DNA of 63,764 bases, filler included, from Bigelowiella natans CCMP2755 (GCA_000320545.1; 4 parts of 4 records of this genome joined end to end with filler, not necessarily neighbours in it); one strand, 5' to 3'; positions 14,382 through 27,090 are shown, numbered from the whole stretch's first letter. Translations and numbers: made by a program. Notes: generated by a model from the letters alone, not told the origin.

Positions 14382-14481
14382 NNNNNNNNNNNNNNNNNNN
14401 NNNNNNNNNNNNNNNNNNNNNNNNNTTAATTAATTAANNNNNNNNNNNNNNNNNNNNNNNNNNNNNNNNNNNNNNNNNNNN
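14382..14481. other. Artificial contig linker (N44-TTAATTAATTAA-N44)
   Basis: Identical 100-nt construct occurs three times; the core is a six-frame stop cassette. Confidence 0.98.
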
Positions 14482-14766
14482 GGGGGGGGGAGAGAGACCC
14501 CACACCTAAACCAAACCTGCGCCCCAAATTCCTTGATCGACCTGTGACGCATCGAGTGATGATAATGGGAGGGCTTTGAGAGAGAAGTGGGCGGTGGCGA
14601 CATAAGAAGGAGACCATGATGATGATGATGATGAGGAGGAGGAGGAGGAAGATGGTGATGAAGACGATGACATGAAAGATGCGGTAGCGACGGCCGAAAG
14701 ATGGAATTGTGTTTTTTTGGGTTACTTGCGGTTATTCGTGGTTGGTTTGTTGGTTCGTTGGACTCG

Positions 14767-14797
<31 letters not shown>

Positions 14798-14817
14798 TCT
14801 CTCTCTCCTCCTCTCAG

Positions 14818-15718
14818 GCTGAGGTCATTCAAGTCGAAGCGGATAACAAGAAGACGCAACGGTAGTAGGAGAGTTAGTAATGCTAGTAGATTTAGGTAGG
14901 GTGTTTGTTAGAGGAGCGGGGGGGAGGGAAGGGAGGAGGAGGAGGAGGAAGAGCATCCATACCCGTAATTCTATATTCATAACTCTATGTTCATTCTCTT
15001 CCTTGCTCATATTTCTTTGTCAAATTGCAACTCTCCTGCTACCCCACCACCCCACCACCGCCCTCCCTCCCTCTCTCCCTCCCTCCCTCCCTCCCTACCC
15101 CCCTCCCCCCTGTCCCCGCCACGATGACGATGCCTCTCTTTTCTATGCTGCTGCCTCATCTCATGCAGGCTGAAGCAAATGGAGGCGGACAACATGATCA
15201 CGCAGACCAAGGCCCAGGCAAGCGCGAACGCACGCCTCAAGGAGACCGAAGCTACCAACCAGATCATCCAATCGAAGGCTGCTGCAGAGGGGGCCGCGCT
15301 TCTGAGGATGGCCGAGGCAGAAGCCAAAGCGACGCTGCTACGTGCCAAGGCGGCCAAGGAGGCGAAGGAATTGCAGGGGCAGGGAGATGCGAAGTACGCT
15401 GCGCTGCTAGAGTCGTCAGCTCTGGGAGGAGAGCTGGCAAAGCTTAGGGTCCAAGCGAACATGATGAGCGGGCTGCAGCAGGTGTATCGTCGCCGCCGCT
15501 CAACTCTTCTTCGGCATGCAGCTGAGGCAGTGTGATGATGCTGCCGGCGCTGATGATTATGATGACGATGATGCCTCGAAACCGACTGATCCAATGCCTC
15601 TGTTCCTTCGGAATGATTATTTTTTCCTTCTCCGCAGGTTGCATACGTCCCGCATCTGCCGGAGATCCTGCAGAAAACGCAGTTTACTACACCACTCAAG
15701 AAGCCATTTGACAAATAG
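14818..15718 (+). CDS. SPFH/band-7 (stomatin/flotillin-like) protein, C-terminal exons only
   Basis: AEVIQVEADNKKTQR|LKQMEADN...AEAEAKATLLRAKAAKEAKELQGQG..LAKLRVQANMMSGLQQ|VAYVPHLPEILQK. The Ala/Glu coiled coil followed by V.YVP is typical of SPFH tails. Stop TAG at 15716-15718. Confidence 0.6.
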
Positions 15719-16701
15719 GTCGTGGAGAGGAGGAGGGACGTCAGTCGCCTCCCTAGCGCTGACATTTCCCCCCCGTTATTCGAATTCCGCAAGAAAAATC
15801 ATGTGCATGATCTGATAAAGCTGCAAGCTGTCTCATGGCCAACATGCACGGCTTCAAAGAACGACAGAGCACCCTACTCAGAAAGGCTGTAGTGATTTTG
15901 ATTTTCCCGGATTCGAATCCGCCAGTGCCAGGAAGTGGCATGTCGCAAGTGCAAATTCTAACGCCGTAAAAGCAAGTCCGCAGTCGTAGTGTCGAGTGAA
16001 GAAGTGCGAGTACAGTCTTCGACAAAGGCGCGCATAGACACACAGTTTATACAATATGATGTAATGACACAATGTATACTAGTTATAATTTATAAACGTT
16101 GTGTCAAGCTATATTAAATGTTGTCACTTATGTATAAGCGCTGAAATGATAAAGTAAGATAAAGCTCAACTCACGGACTTCGCTGTATTTCCATGCGATA
16201 CGTCGCTATGTCATATTAAATGCATAGGTTTGTACCAGATATGCACCGCCCGCCCGCAGTGTTAATCTGGAAATATATTATTAGCAGTATAATAACAGGA
16301 ACTAGGAAGCATAGTAACGCTAACTGTGCATAAAGTGGCGCTTACGTAGATCAAATGCCTAGGCACTGCTGCAGACCACGCTTATCAACGCTTACATAAT
16401 CGATCAGTGGATCAAATGATCTACTGTGCCAACACTATTGAGACGCAGCTTCATGCAACGGCGCAAGCAGACGACACGTACATGATAGACAAAAATGCAT
16501 CTAACACAAGTCTTTCCATACCTGTAAATATGGCATGGCTTTTTAACCATACACAGCATACATCCATGTACTCTCGCGTGTGCCATTGCTATCCCATCGC
16601 AAAGGTTTTTGTTTTAATAACATCTAGATCACCGAATGCATATGCTATGCGCACCATCATGCTTTCATCTTTCTTCGCATAAGAGCTGGTGGTGAGCTCG
16701 C

Positions 16702-18249
16702 TCAAAAATCTAAAATGTGAGAAAATGGTCCGAGCTCGGCTTCGCTCTTGAAACCCTGCCTATTGCCAAACGTACCATGGACTACTTTCACAACGCCATT
16801 TTCGATAGCATTGGAGCCACCCTTTCGTGTAGCAGTACTATCACTGACAGTACGTTCAGTGCCTTGATCTTTCTTGTCTGATTCTCCGATTGTTCTTGAG
16901 GTCTTTTTGTTCTTCGTTCATGATTGTAAATATCAGAATGCAAATCTTAAAACGAATGTACGTGCGCGCGCGCGCGCACACACAGAGAGAGAAACAAAGT
17001 AGTGATAAGCATATTCACATATTACAGATGCCTCTGACATGTACGGGAAATGATACATTCGCACCGCACGTTTAGCTGTGACGCATGTACACGTCTTACT
17101 TACAACTTTCACTTTGCGGATGTACCTTGCCCGAAGCCGTAAACTTCTCCCACTTCTTTTTCTGTGAATAGGAAGCGAAAACCAGCTCATCGCCATGGCC
17201 GCGGGTAGGGAGGGAAAGGCAAGGAAAAGAGACAACTAAGACCGTCAGCATACACGTTCGCAACCTGCGCAGTGTGGAGCTTGATGAGCTTCTTCCGTTG
17301 GCTTTTAGAGATTGTTTTCCCGTCTTTGTCCGTTTGGGGAAACCCTAACGATACGGATGACGCTCTGTGCATGCGAATGAATGGTGATGATGCGATTCTT
17401 CATATGGATGTTTTATATCTTACGGCTCTGGTCAGCTGAGTGTTGCGGTGTGGTGTTGGTATTGCTTGCTGCTGTTGTTGTCGAGGTGGCGATGACGATG
17501 AAGAAGAAAGAAGAAGAAGAAGAAGATGATGATGATGATTATAGCAATGAAAGACGAATGGTGTCATGCTCAATGCGATGTAAAAATAGCGCTGCAACGG
17601 CAGTCAACCGTGTTCGTCAAATGCTTGAAACTTGCCCGCCCAGCTGCCAGTTCTGAACATCTCTTCGGGGGGGCACGGCCCACTTGCAAGCTTGGCTTGC
17701 TTTTCGCGTATCGTCCTTGACGGTGGGGGGAGCAATAAAAGTGATCACAAACATAGGGTTGTCATCAGATTAGCTTCGCCCCTGCCTATCAGAAAGCGTG
17801 CGCACGTTTGAACATTGACTTTCGTCTCAACTGTCTTCCAAAATTGACAGATATTTTCGATGTTCTCGGTTATTTCTTGGGGTTTCAAAGGAATTTAAGA
17901 ACCGCTTCTTAGCTCCTTCGGGGTCAAGCGAGTCTTCAAGCAATCTAACCACAGCATCAACGAAGCTGTAGTAGAACCTCTGCGCCTAGATAGAGGATGA
18001 TGGTGACGAAGATGATAATCATGATCACCATGCGTGTTGTGGGGTATATGAGATAGTAGCGCGTGAAGCAAGAAGAAGTGGAGAGGTAGCGAGAAACAAT
18101 GGAGCGACGCAGGAGAGAACAGGCATGCATAGTGCAGGAGGAGTACATACGATAACCTCAGCCTTATCGAGTTGGTTGTGATACCGCAGCTCCTTTGTTC
18201 CCCTGCATGGGTGTGGATGTGCAGCATCAAGTCTGGTCACGATGGCACG

Positions 18250-18283
<34 letters not shown>

Positions 18284-18772
18284 TAACTGTGCTATGCGGT
18301 CTATTATCTATGAAACTAACAAAACGTGGACGAACGACACCTTAATCTACAGAAAAGAGCAGCCTGTGGGATAATCATGGCACCGAGGCGGCTATTCGAA
18401 CTCTCTTCAGCTCCTTCCCCCCGCTCCTCGTTGCCGTCCTTCTTCTCTCCTCGCGCAGCTTTTACGCGCTGTGCGAGTGTAATGAGACCCTCGGGCTTGG
18501 TTCCGTCTCCCCACACCTCAAGGGATATGAGCGAGGAAGCAAAATTATTAGTTGTTTTCACGATAGGGAATCGTGGACCTCAGGCCGCTTCTACTGTTTT
18601 TTTCTCTTCTTCTACTTTTTTCTACTGCTGCTACTACTGCTACTACCCCCATAGTAAGAAAGGGAGCCGAGACGAAGGTTCGTGCTGCCTGCTTCACAGT
18701 GGCATCGTCGCAGCCAGTTCCAAACGAGATGTAGCCTATGATTCCACGCGACAGCTCTTCCCACTGTGTAAA

Positions 18773-18804
<32 letters not shown>

Positions 18805-19098
18805 ATAAATATGAGCACGTGCGCAATGTAATATTGGTCAACAACTGCCTTCGAATCATAGGGCGATATAGGCGCTTGGGCGCTCAAGGGACGCCGAAAT
18901 GCAGACCTTCTTGTCGTTGTCAATGAGCAGCGAGGCGGAGTCGCAGCGTTGCACCACCAGCCGTAGCTTCGGCCCCGAGGGGCTCTGCAATGGTTACAAG
19001 GCACACCCACAGTACTGAGTGGCACAATGACCAAGGAGACACGCACACACACACACACACACACCGACCTCGCGTTCGTCGGGAGCGGCGTCGGCCAT
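16702..19098 (-). CDS. DTD2: ATD/DTD2-type aminoacyl-tRNA deacylase with an internal CysRS-C-terminal-like insertion
   Basis: About 10 exons joined with GT-AG, phase-compatible where checked: LRLVVQRCDSASLLIDN|WEELSRGIIGYISF...|MIIPQAALFCRLR|GTKELRYHNQLDKAE|AQRFYYSFVDAV ... VKVVHGTFGNRQGFKSEAELGPFSHILDF*. This matches the DTD2/ATD motifs PQATL, YH, HGTYGNRQ and GP[FY]TH..F. Confidence 0.88.
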
Positions 19099-19624
19099 GA
19101 GCGAGCGGGAGTCTGGGTTTTTGGCCGAAGAAGGCGATGTCAGATATAGATAAAAACGCATCCCATTTCCATCGTGCGACATGGCTATCCGCCAATCATT
19201 CGGCAGAGAGCAAAACGGCCTGCAATCATTCAGAAATCTGTCTACACGTACACATATCGTGAAGAAATAGCCTAACAAAAGAGTACGCGCTGTTAAAAAG
19301 AGTCATCTCCTGCCGTCGTACCCACTCCCCGACTTGGTGACAATGCTCACTCTAGTTTTTCAGCACTACCCAGTTCCGGTGTCTACTTGTACCGTGCGTA
19401 GCTCTACCCCCCGCCAGAGCAGTTTTCAAGTTGCAGGAAAGGCACTTATTAGAGAGGAACACTACAACCTGGAAAAGTGGGCACCAATCATTCTTGACAG
19501 GGAGATGGAAAGAGCGGGTATGACCGACCGTCGTGTGTGCTGAGGGAACAGTGTGGCCGGTAGTCCTGATGCTTTCCCCCCCTTCTTCTCAGGGACCGTA
19601 AGTGCGACAGGTGGTTACTCGTTG

Positions 19625-19684
19625 TCGCAGATGCAGCGAGGATTCCTATCCTGATCGCAGATGCAGCGAGGATTCCTATCCTGA
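19625..19684. repeat. Perfect 30-bp tandem duplication
   Basis: TCGCAGATGCAGCGAGGATTCCTATCCTGA x2. Confidence 0.95.
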
Positions 19685-20080
19685 TCTTGCATTGATGTGC
19701 TCAGAATTGATAGCCGGTCTAAAAATGGGCCATGAAAAACGACACGCTGAGAAAAATGCATAAAGTTCAAAAAATTGCCTCCGTTGTCCTTCTCAGACAT
19801 TCCTAATAGCATGTGCAAGCCTGCAGGGGGTTGCATCACGTGCTCCTCATCAACAGCTGATCAGTGAACAAGCTGCCAAATCTAGAAATCTTGTTCCACC
19901 ACCCTCTTTTCTCACGACGTCATTGTCATTCTCGAGTCCGTGTAAGCCTTCGATGTTAGATGCAGAAGCAACAGTAGAGGATAGGTGCGACAAAAAGGTA
20001 GACATGTCGTAGAAATCTACATGCAAAACATCTCTTTTCAATTTCCCAGTCATCACATCTGACATGCTGAATTCCGTGCC

Positions 20081-22988
20081 ATGCAGGAGTCTGGCACACT
20101 CTCGTCGGCTAACTTGCACTCGCACCGAATTGGAGGATTCTCCAGATTCAGTCCGTCCACGTTCCTGCTCAGCCTCCTCATCGCTTTCTCGTGCATCTTC
20201 ATACTTTCGCGATGCATTCCTGTTCTTCCTCGTTCCTACTCCAAGCCGAACGAAGCTTCTGATACGGAGCTGAAACCTAATCAAGACAACGAAGCTGCAA
20301 CCAGTGTATCGTCTGGAAAGAAGAACGTACTCTTGATCATCATCGACGATTTGCGACCAAACTTGGAAGCTTACAACCCCTTACCAGGGGCCCAAGTGCC
20401 CCGAAATGGCATGATGACACCCAACATTGACGAACTTGCGCGTAAATCGTTGCTTTTCAACAAAAGCTACTGCCAAATGCCCATATGCAACCCTTCCCGC
20501 GCAAGCTTCCTCACAGGTCGCAGGCCCGATGTTCTTCGGATCTACGAGAACAAGCTCAAATTGAGCAGCAGCGAAGTAGGTGCCAGGGATGTCCGAACAC
20601 TGTCACAGGTTGTACTGCGACGAAGATGATGGTTGAACTTGCTGCTGGAAAAGAAAGGGCGTGTGTGTTGTGGAAGGCATATCGTCTGTCATTAACTCTC
20701 ATTTTACACGGTGACTTCTGAATTAAATGACCGATTTGAGTGTTAGATCAAACCGGATGCTCATGCACACTTATCGCCCCTATATAGGTGTTTAAGGACC
20801 ACGGATATGTGTCTTATGGCTATGGGAAGATCTTCCACCAAAAAACCTACACAAGCGAAGTTGCAAGGAGCTTCAGCTTCAAGAACCGATCAGAGTAATG
20901 CGGCGCCAATTTGTTCTTATAAACGTACATTAAAACATCCACGCATCATGTGCCGCTGGGTCAAATCCCTCTTACGATGTGGTATCCTGTTTGCTATTTC
21001 GTAGGTTCTGGAGAGCAGAGGAACCTAACTACGTGAAAAAATCAGCCTTCCCAAACAATGCTAGGCCAAGCCGTATGCGGGTGACTCCAGCACAGGAGCG
21101 GAGGCAGCCGCTACGAGACAGCCAACTTGCGAAGAAGGCCGTCCAAACAATTAAGAGCAAGCTGAGAAATAGCGAGAAGCCCTTCTTCCTCGCAGTGGGG
21201 TTCCATAAGCCCCACTTTCCGCTGTACTGTCCGCAGCGATTCTTCCCTCTTTACAAGCCGAAGGACATTCGCATACCAGACTTCAGGGCCCCCCCCAGAG
21301 AACTTTCCAAGTATTGCATGGACGTCGTACCTACCGACGGGGTAAGCAGTCACCTTTTCTAACCATGGCGAAGCGTGTGCTAGTGATCGAGCTCCTCCAT
21401 CGTCGACAGCTTTCATTCTGACCGTGGCCATTAGGTATCCAGACGTCCAGGCAGCATATGCCGCAAGTAATGGGGGCGAGGAGTACACAGGAGATCCTGG
21501 CCAAACGTTGCCCAAGAGCGAGGTGAGAGGCTTGCGACAGGCTTACTACGGGTGCACAAGTTGGATAGATGAAGAGGTACAAATACCCAACTCGTAATAT
21601 GCATATTCGGTTAAAAACGAACGAGTGATTCTTCGTTTCAAATCACCACAACGCGGGCCTCTCTCTCTCAGCTCACACAATGATAATAAAAGATTTCCGC
21701 TAATCAAATACTGCATGAAACCGAGTAAGGTCGGGAAAGTCCTTCGAGAGCTGAAGAGAAGCGGCAAGGAAAAGGATACAGTTGTTGCTCTGATTTCCGG
21801 TACCATCCATGAATTTTGAAAATATGGCAGTAGTGGCCGCCAGAATTAACTTTCCACGAATTTCGCACTATGACAATGCAGCGTGTACGTCGGAAGCTGT
21901 TTCTTCCACACAGCACATTTTGAATTGTAGGGAAGATCCAAAGCAACATGTTTGTGCCATACAGATCATGGCTTCCTACTTGGCGAGCATGGACGATGGG
22001 TGGTCGCACACGAAAAACATGCACTTTTAAAAACGAACGTTCGCGCGTTAAGAGGGCATGCAACTCTGCGCCCATTCCTGCAATGCTAACCCCTGCTCTG
22101 AATGGGCTGAAATGGATCGTGTCAATTATTTGAAAGGGGAAGAACATGGCTTGGGACTTACCGTCGCGTGTTACAATGATGATAAGCGTCCCCGGGGAAA
22201 GTGGGGCGCGTATAACGAACTCGTACACAGAACTTGTCGATCTCATGCCAACGCTCACGGATTTAGCGATGGGGCTCAAGCTTCAGGCGTGTCCCAAAAA
22301 GGCTCGAGCAGCCCGGGCGAGGTCTCTCTGCACGGACGGTGAGTATAGTAGGCCGCATAGGGCAGGACAGCGCAACTGGCAAATACGATTGAAATTCATC
22401 GGTGTGCTCTCACTATCATAACGTACGGAACGTTCCCCGATGTCAAATAGGAAAGTCCTTGCGGCCGCTGTTTCTCAACCCGCGGAGGAAGCTGAAGGAG
22501 TTCGCCGTCACGCAGACGCGAAGGAAATACCCGAAATGGTTCACGACCGAGAGCGGGGAGAGGGTTAGGTCCGTATGTCCACGGAGCCAGGTCAGGAACG
22601 GATCGAGCCCCACACAAAGGAAGCAGATGCCCTGCCTTTACGAATGCTGCTCAATGGGCTATAGCTTGGTTGCGACCGTCCAGAATGCGGAGCATCGGTG
22701 GAAACACACGACACACGACACACGCACGCACGTACACACAAACACGCACCCACAAGTTGCGAGACGAATCCCAGTCAATCCGTGCTCTTCATCAGGTACA
22801 CAGCATGGACCCGATATACCGCGCTCGGGGGGCCGGACTGGGGCTATGTGCTCGGTAGGGAGCTTTACAATCACAAGGAGGATCCTGGGGAGAACGTCAA
22901 TATCGTGCAGTCAAGAGCACCGAAGGTTGCCAATGTTCGTTCCCAAATGCACGAATGGTTGGAAGCGCATGTCAGTGGGCGATGGTAA
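20081..22988 (+). CDS. Formylglycine-dependent sulfatase (iduronate-2-sulfatase-like) with N-terminal signal anchor
   Basis: [24 protein letters not shown] (CxPxR), [56 protein letters not shown] and [14 protein letters not shown]. Confidence 0.93.
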
Positions 22989-23788
22989 GAGGCGATCATC
23001 GTCGGCCTCAAAAATTGGGAACATACGTTAACTCAAAGTTAAGAACTTGCTATTATTATTGATGTTTAAAGACTATATCCTCCAGCGCTGCAACAATGGT
23101 TTTATAGCTTTTTGAAGGGAGAATTGTACTTGAATACACAATCGACTGCCGGTTGATAACTGGAAGCTAAATTCGATTCGAAACTTTCGCTGAAATATTT
23201 AATTTCATTAATGTCAAATTTCATTATTTGATGAATGTACTAAAAACTTTTCAAAATAATACAAGATGAAACAAAATGCGTTAGTTCCTATTTACGGGAT
23301 GTATTTCTGAGAATGCATAACAGCCAGCTACGCCAACATAATATTTCATGATAATCTGGCTTCTTTAGTACTTAGCGATACCGTTGATCGCATGGAGCTA
23401 GGTGTCGTGTGTCGTCTATTTATGTCCCAATCATCATACTGCTGTCGGGCGCTATTAGCGAGGCCATCATACTATGCGTCGCAATGCTGTATAGCGAGAG
23501 GCATTGCAATAGCAATCATGACGGCTAGACAGCGGCGTCGTGAGCAAGTGTGTGTGTGCACATCTATCTATAGACAGGCCTCACAGATGTGTGCATATAT
23601 GAGATTTTTTTTTTTTTAGTGTATACTTCTTGAAAGAATCGGGCAACAAGAATGCTAGCATGATACATCTAGAAATGTCTAGATGTCTAGATGTGGCTCT
23701 AGATCGAGCCAGACGATATCAACAGATGTGTGTTAATAGTGGCAGTCAGCAGATCAAATATGAAGCTTTTGCGGCCTTGGCGCTGCCG

Positions 23789-24624
23789 CTATAACGTTCT
23801 AACTGTCGCCCTATTTATCACAACAGGAGTTTTTAAGGCCTGGAAACCGGAGGGTTCTGCGGGAGCTCTTTTGATAGCTTCTATCGTCTCGAGCCCGCCA
23901 ATCACCTATAACAACAAATGGAAATTGCTCAGCAGGTAGGCGCGCGATGGTGATAATGAAAATTAGAGAACTTACACAAAAGGGATCGTGTGCGCGGCGC
24001 ACGTGCGTGTGTGGTTGTGTGTGTGTCTATGTGTAATAGATATTTAGAATTTACAGTTCCGAAGCACGGGTTCGCCTCAGGAACACCTTGCCCCCCCGGC
24101 CCGTGGTTGTGCACGTTATCGACGATGTTGATGTACCTGGCAGCAGGAACACCAGCAGTTAGTCTCACCACGCAAAGACGCGATCGGCGAAGTGGTGATG
24201 TGTATATGTGCGTGGGAGATGATATTCTCAAAAGCCTTTGAGATATATTAAAAAAAAAAAAAAGGTGCCTCGCATCGTGTACCAGTCTGGCCCTCCTGGG
24301 AAGCCGGCGATGCCCACCGTGTGCTTTTTGTGCGGATATTTCGGAGTGTACTCCTGAGCAACAGTGCAAAGAGGAAAGTAAGAAGAAAAGGGGGCGAGAG
24401 AAACACAGAGCACGATCATCTCCTGCTCCATCCATCTTCTTCTTTTTCTTCTTCTTCTTCTTCATTGTCAGTCGGGAAATAAAAGCAACCTGGAAGGCAA
24501 TGGAGGACGGCTGCCGGGGACTGTGCATACAATTGGCCTGTAATACATGGCTAGCACCGCGGACGAACGCGCATCCATCCCAGTATCCGCGCTAATAATT
24601 ATAGCACACACACACACAGACGCA

Positions 24625-24681
<57 letters not shown>

Positions 24682-26396
24682 GCACGCATGAGGGATATGT
24701 GTGCACTATCAATCCTGCTCATGAATCATGAATACTCTCCCATGCCGCATTACCTGAACAAGGTCTATGAACCATTTGGTAGCGTACGGCATGAGTGTGT
24801 TAGGAGCCATCTCTATCGACAGAGGGCCCAAGTCCTTTTGCATCCGCAATAAGATATGTAATAATTCAGTGAGTATGAGAATGCGTACGCAACGATTCAT
24901 GCTTTGACCGAGCGGGAAAAGTGAGGCATATGCAGCCTTAACTACCGTGTCCATGTCAATCACAACGCGTTTTTCGCCAAACCTAAGAGCATCAGCAGCA
25001 TTGATTTGTTACAACCGATGACATCTACATTGGTGTGACTATTGCTGCTGCCGCTGATGATGGCAGTGGTAATGATGATGACGACGATGATGATTGTGAT
25101 TGTGACCGTGGTAAAAGTTTTAAGATTTTATTCAGAATAAGAAGAAAGTTTTCGAGGCTGAGGAAAGCAACACTCACTGTTTCTTGAGCTCCTCCCTGCT
25201 TATACGTTGCAGCTCCTTCGTTGCCGTGCTCAGCTTTGTCACAATTTCCTATTTATATGTTCAGAGTCACCCCCCCTTTTTTTAGGATGGAATCTTCGAT
25301 ATATTTCATTCGGTTAATGCATTGTGTGCATTATCGAAAACACCTTCTGATCCTTTGGCAGAACGAGCTTCGAGCCCGCCCTTTGCACTTTCTCCTTGCA
25401 TAGCTCCTAGATGAGAGAGGAGGCAACAACAACAACAGTGATCAGAACGCCGGGGAGATTATAAACACTCTCTGCGTGGCTGCACATTCCCTTTAATTCA
25501 TTCTACTGATAAAACCATCAATCTATTACTTTGGATATGGGGACTTCTTTCTGGTCTAAACGGTGAAACGCAATACTACGCTACTCACATGCTGCGCGTC
25601 GATTTCGGCTTGCATTTGGCTGATTTTCCTCAGTGAGTTTTCGTGCGTTTCCGTTTGCTCTCTCACCTATTTGAACGACCGGAATGGTAAGTTGGAAGTT
25701 AGTTTATGGATAAATTAGCACCAGGGAGAGGAGTGCTATCATCGCCCATCATGGGACTCGCAATAAAAATCATGATGATGCATAGTATGTGTTCATGTGT
25801 TCAGCAGCTTGCACCCGGAGGTGTAGATCTTGCAGGTTATTTCGGCACTGCTGCAGAAGCCCATCTACCGGCGCCTGAGAGTTGTTACGAGAACCACGCT
25901 TCATCGAAAACCAAAAACACAAAAGTTAGTCGTTCTTCTCAATTGATACCTCCGTACCGACCGCAGCTTTGCCCGCCGTCCCAAAGCTCGCCTCCGCACC
26001 TGAGTCATCAGCGCGCGCACAAATATCATTGTCAACATCACTGTCGTCATCATCGTGCTGATATTCATCCTTTCTCCTTCCCCTCCTCCATCTCGGTTCC
26101 GCCAGAGCCCATGTTCGGTTGTACCTGACTGCGCTGTTTTGAATGTATTGATTGCCAAGATCTGCTTTCTCAAAGTTTGTGGCACGAATTCCCAACCCTT
26201 GAACTGCACAACAAAAACGCAGCACGGAAACCTCGCTTTAGCACAGAAGTGACTAGAGAGGCTGGTGGCAATAACGTGTGGTGTTACTTACCACCACCAG
26301 TACGACGCTAACGAAAGCGACGAGCATCAGAAGCCGTCGAAGCGCCTTCGACTGTAGCAGACAGCTACGACGCCATCGATCGACTTGCTTCAACAT
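23789..26396 (-). CDS. Type II membrane protein with coiled-coil stem and C-terminal divergent cyclophilin-like domain
   Basis: N-terminus MLKQ..LLMLVAFVSVVLVV. C-terminal exons IEMAPNTLMPYATKWFIDLV, QEYTPKYPHKKHTVGIAGFPGGPDWYINIVDNVHNHGPGGQ..EANPCFGTVIGGLETIEAIK..KTPVVINRATV follow the cyclophilin fold pattern. Confidence 0.65.
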
Positions 26397-26772
26397 CTCT
26401 GCTGGCCCTCCTCTGCACCTAGTTTTGGGGGATGGGCACGCGTGATATCCGGCAAATTTCGCGAGGCGATGTTGAAATTAATGCAGGCTTGCAGCATTTC
26501 GGGAAAAAATATATTAGATATTACATGTGTTGAAATTCCATCCTTTTGAATTTTCATTCAAATGAAACACAAATATCCATACGCATCCTTCTGCAGGAAA
26601 CTGGATGATTCATAGAAGTATCTAGGGTCAATATTTGTCCAAGGAAAAAGATCGTAACGCCCTTGATTTTCGAGCCCGGGCTGCATGCGCAGACGCTCGC
26701 TTTCTTATTTCCGCGCGGAATATTCGAGGAACAATTTCAACAAAGCCCAAAATTTAACTTAAACGAATGGGA

Positions 26773-26780
26773 TTTATAAG
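26773..26780 (+). promoter_or_regulatory. Putative TATA box upstream of the tRNA array leader
   Basis: TTTATAAG lies about 25-30 nt before the start of a GC-richer structured segment (about 26802). Confidence 0.35.
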
Positions 26781-26921
26781 TAATTATGCTTTAGATTCCA
26801 AGACGCACCTCCAAATAGCCTGGAGCATCTTTCCGAAGAAGCTCTCGCCACTCCCAATTCATTCAGGTAAGATGCGGGTGCGCGGACCAAGCTGCCTGGT
26901 GCAAGGAAGAAACCCGACGCA

Positions 26922-26992
26922 GTCGTAATAGCTCAACGGGAGAGCGCCGGATTGAAGCCCCGGAGATGACAGTTCGACTCTGTCTTATGACA
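26922..26992 (+). tRNA. tRNA-Phe(GAA) copy 1
   Basis: Acceptor GTCGTAA/TTATGAC+A, D-arm GCTC/GAGC, anticodon arm CCGGA-TTGAAGC-CCCGG, T-arm GACAG-TTCGACT-CTGTC. Confidence 0.88.
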
Positions 26993-27011
26993 ACAACCAT
27001 CCAAACATACA

Positions 27012-27082
27012 GTCGTAATAGCTCAACGGGAGAGCGCCGGATTGAAGCCCCGGAGATGACAGTTCGACTCTGTCTTATGACA
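27012..27082 (+). tRNA. tRNA-Phe(GAA) copy 2
   Basis: Identical to copy 1. Confidence 0.88.
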
Positions 27083-27090
27083 ACAACCAA

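Noticed and set aside
14382-14481. TTAATTAATTAA palindrome in N runs (also at 33626 and 62578) as a biological repeat or piggyBac site
   Set aside because: It is an identical artificial six-frame-stop linker. Adjacency across linkers is not evidence of synteny.
17127-17717. Stand-alone cysteinyl-tRNA synthetase gene
   Set aside because: There are no HIGH/KMSKS catalytic exons, and the segment is flanked in phase on both sides by deacylase exons.
19625-19684. 30-bp duplication as a target-site duplication or regulatory array
   Set aside because: Only two adjacent copies with nothing inserted between them; a simple local duplication.
26802-26921. Leader as 5S rRNA or U1 snRNA (120 nt long; minus strand has CTTACCTG and a cUUCGg loop)
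   Set aside because: There is no 5S terminal helix or box motifs and no U1 loop II (CAUUGCAC). CTTACCTG is simply the complement of a splice donor.
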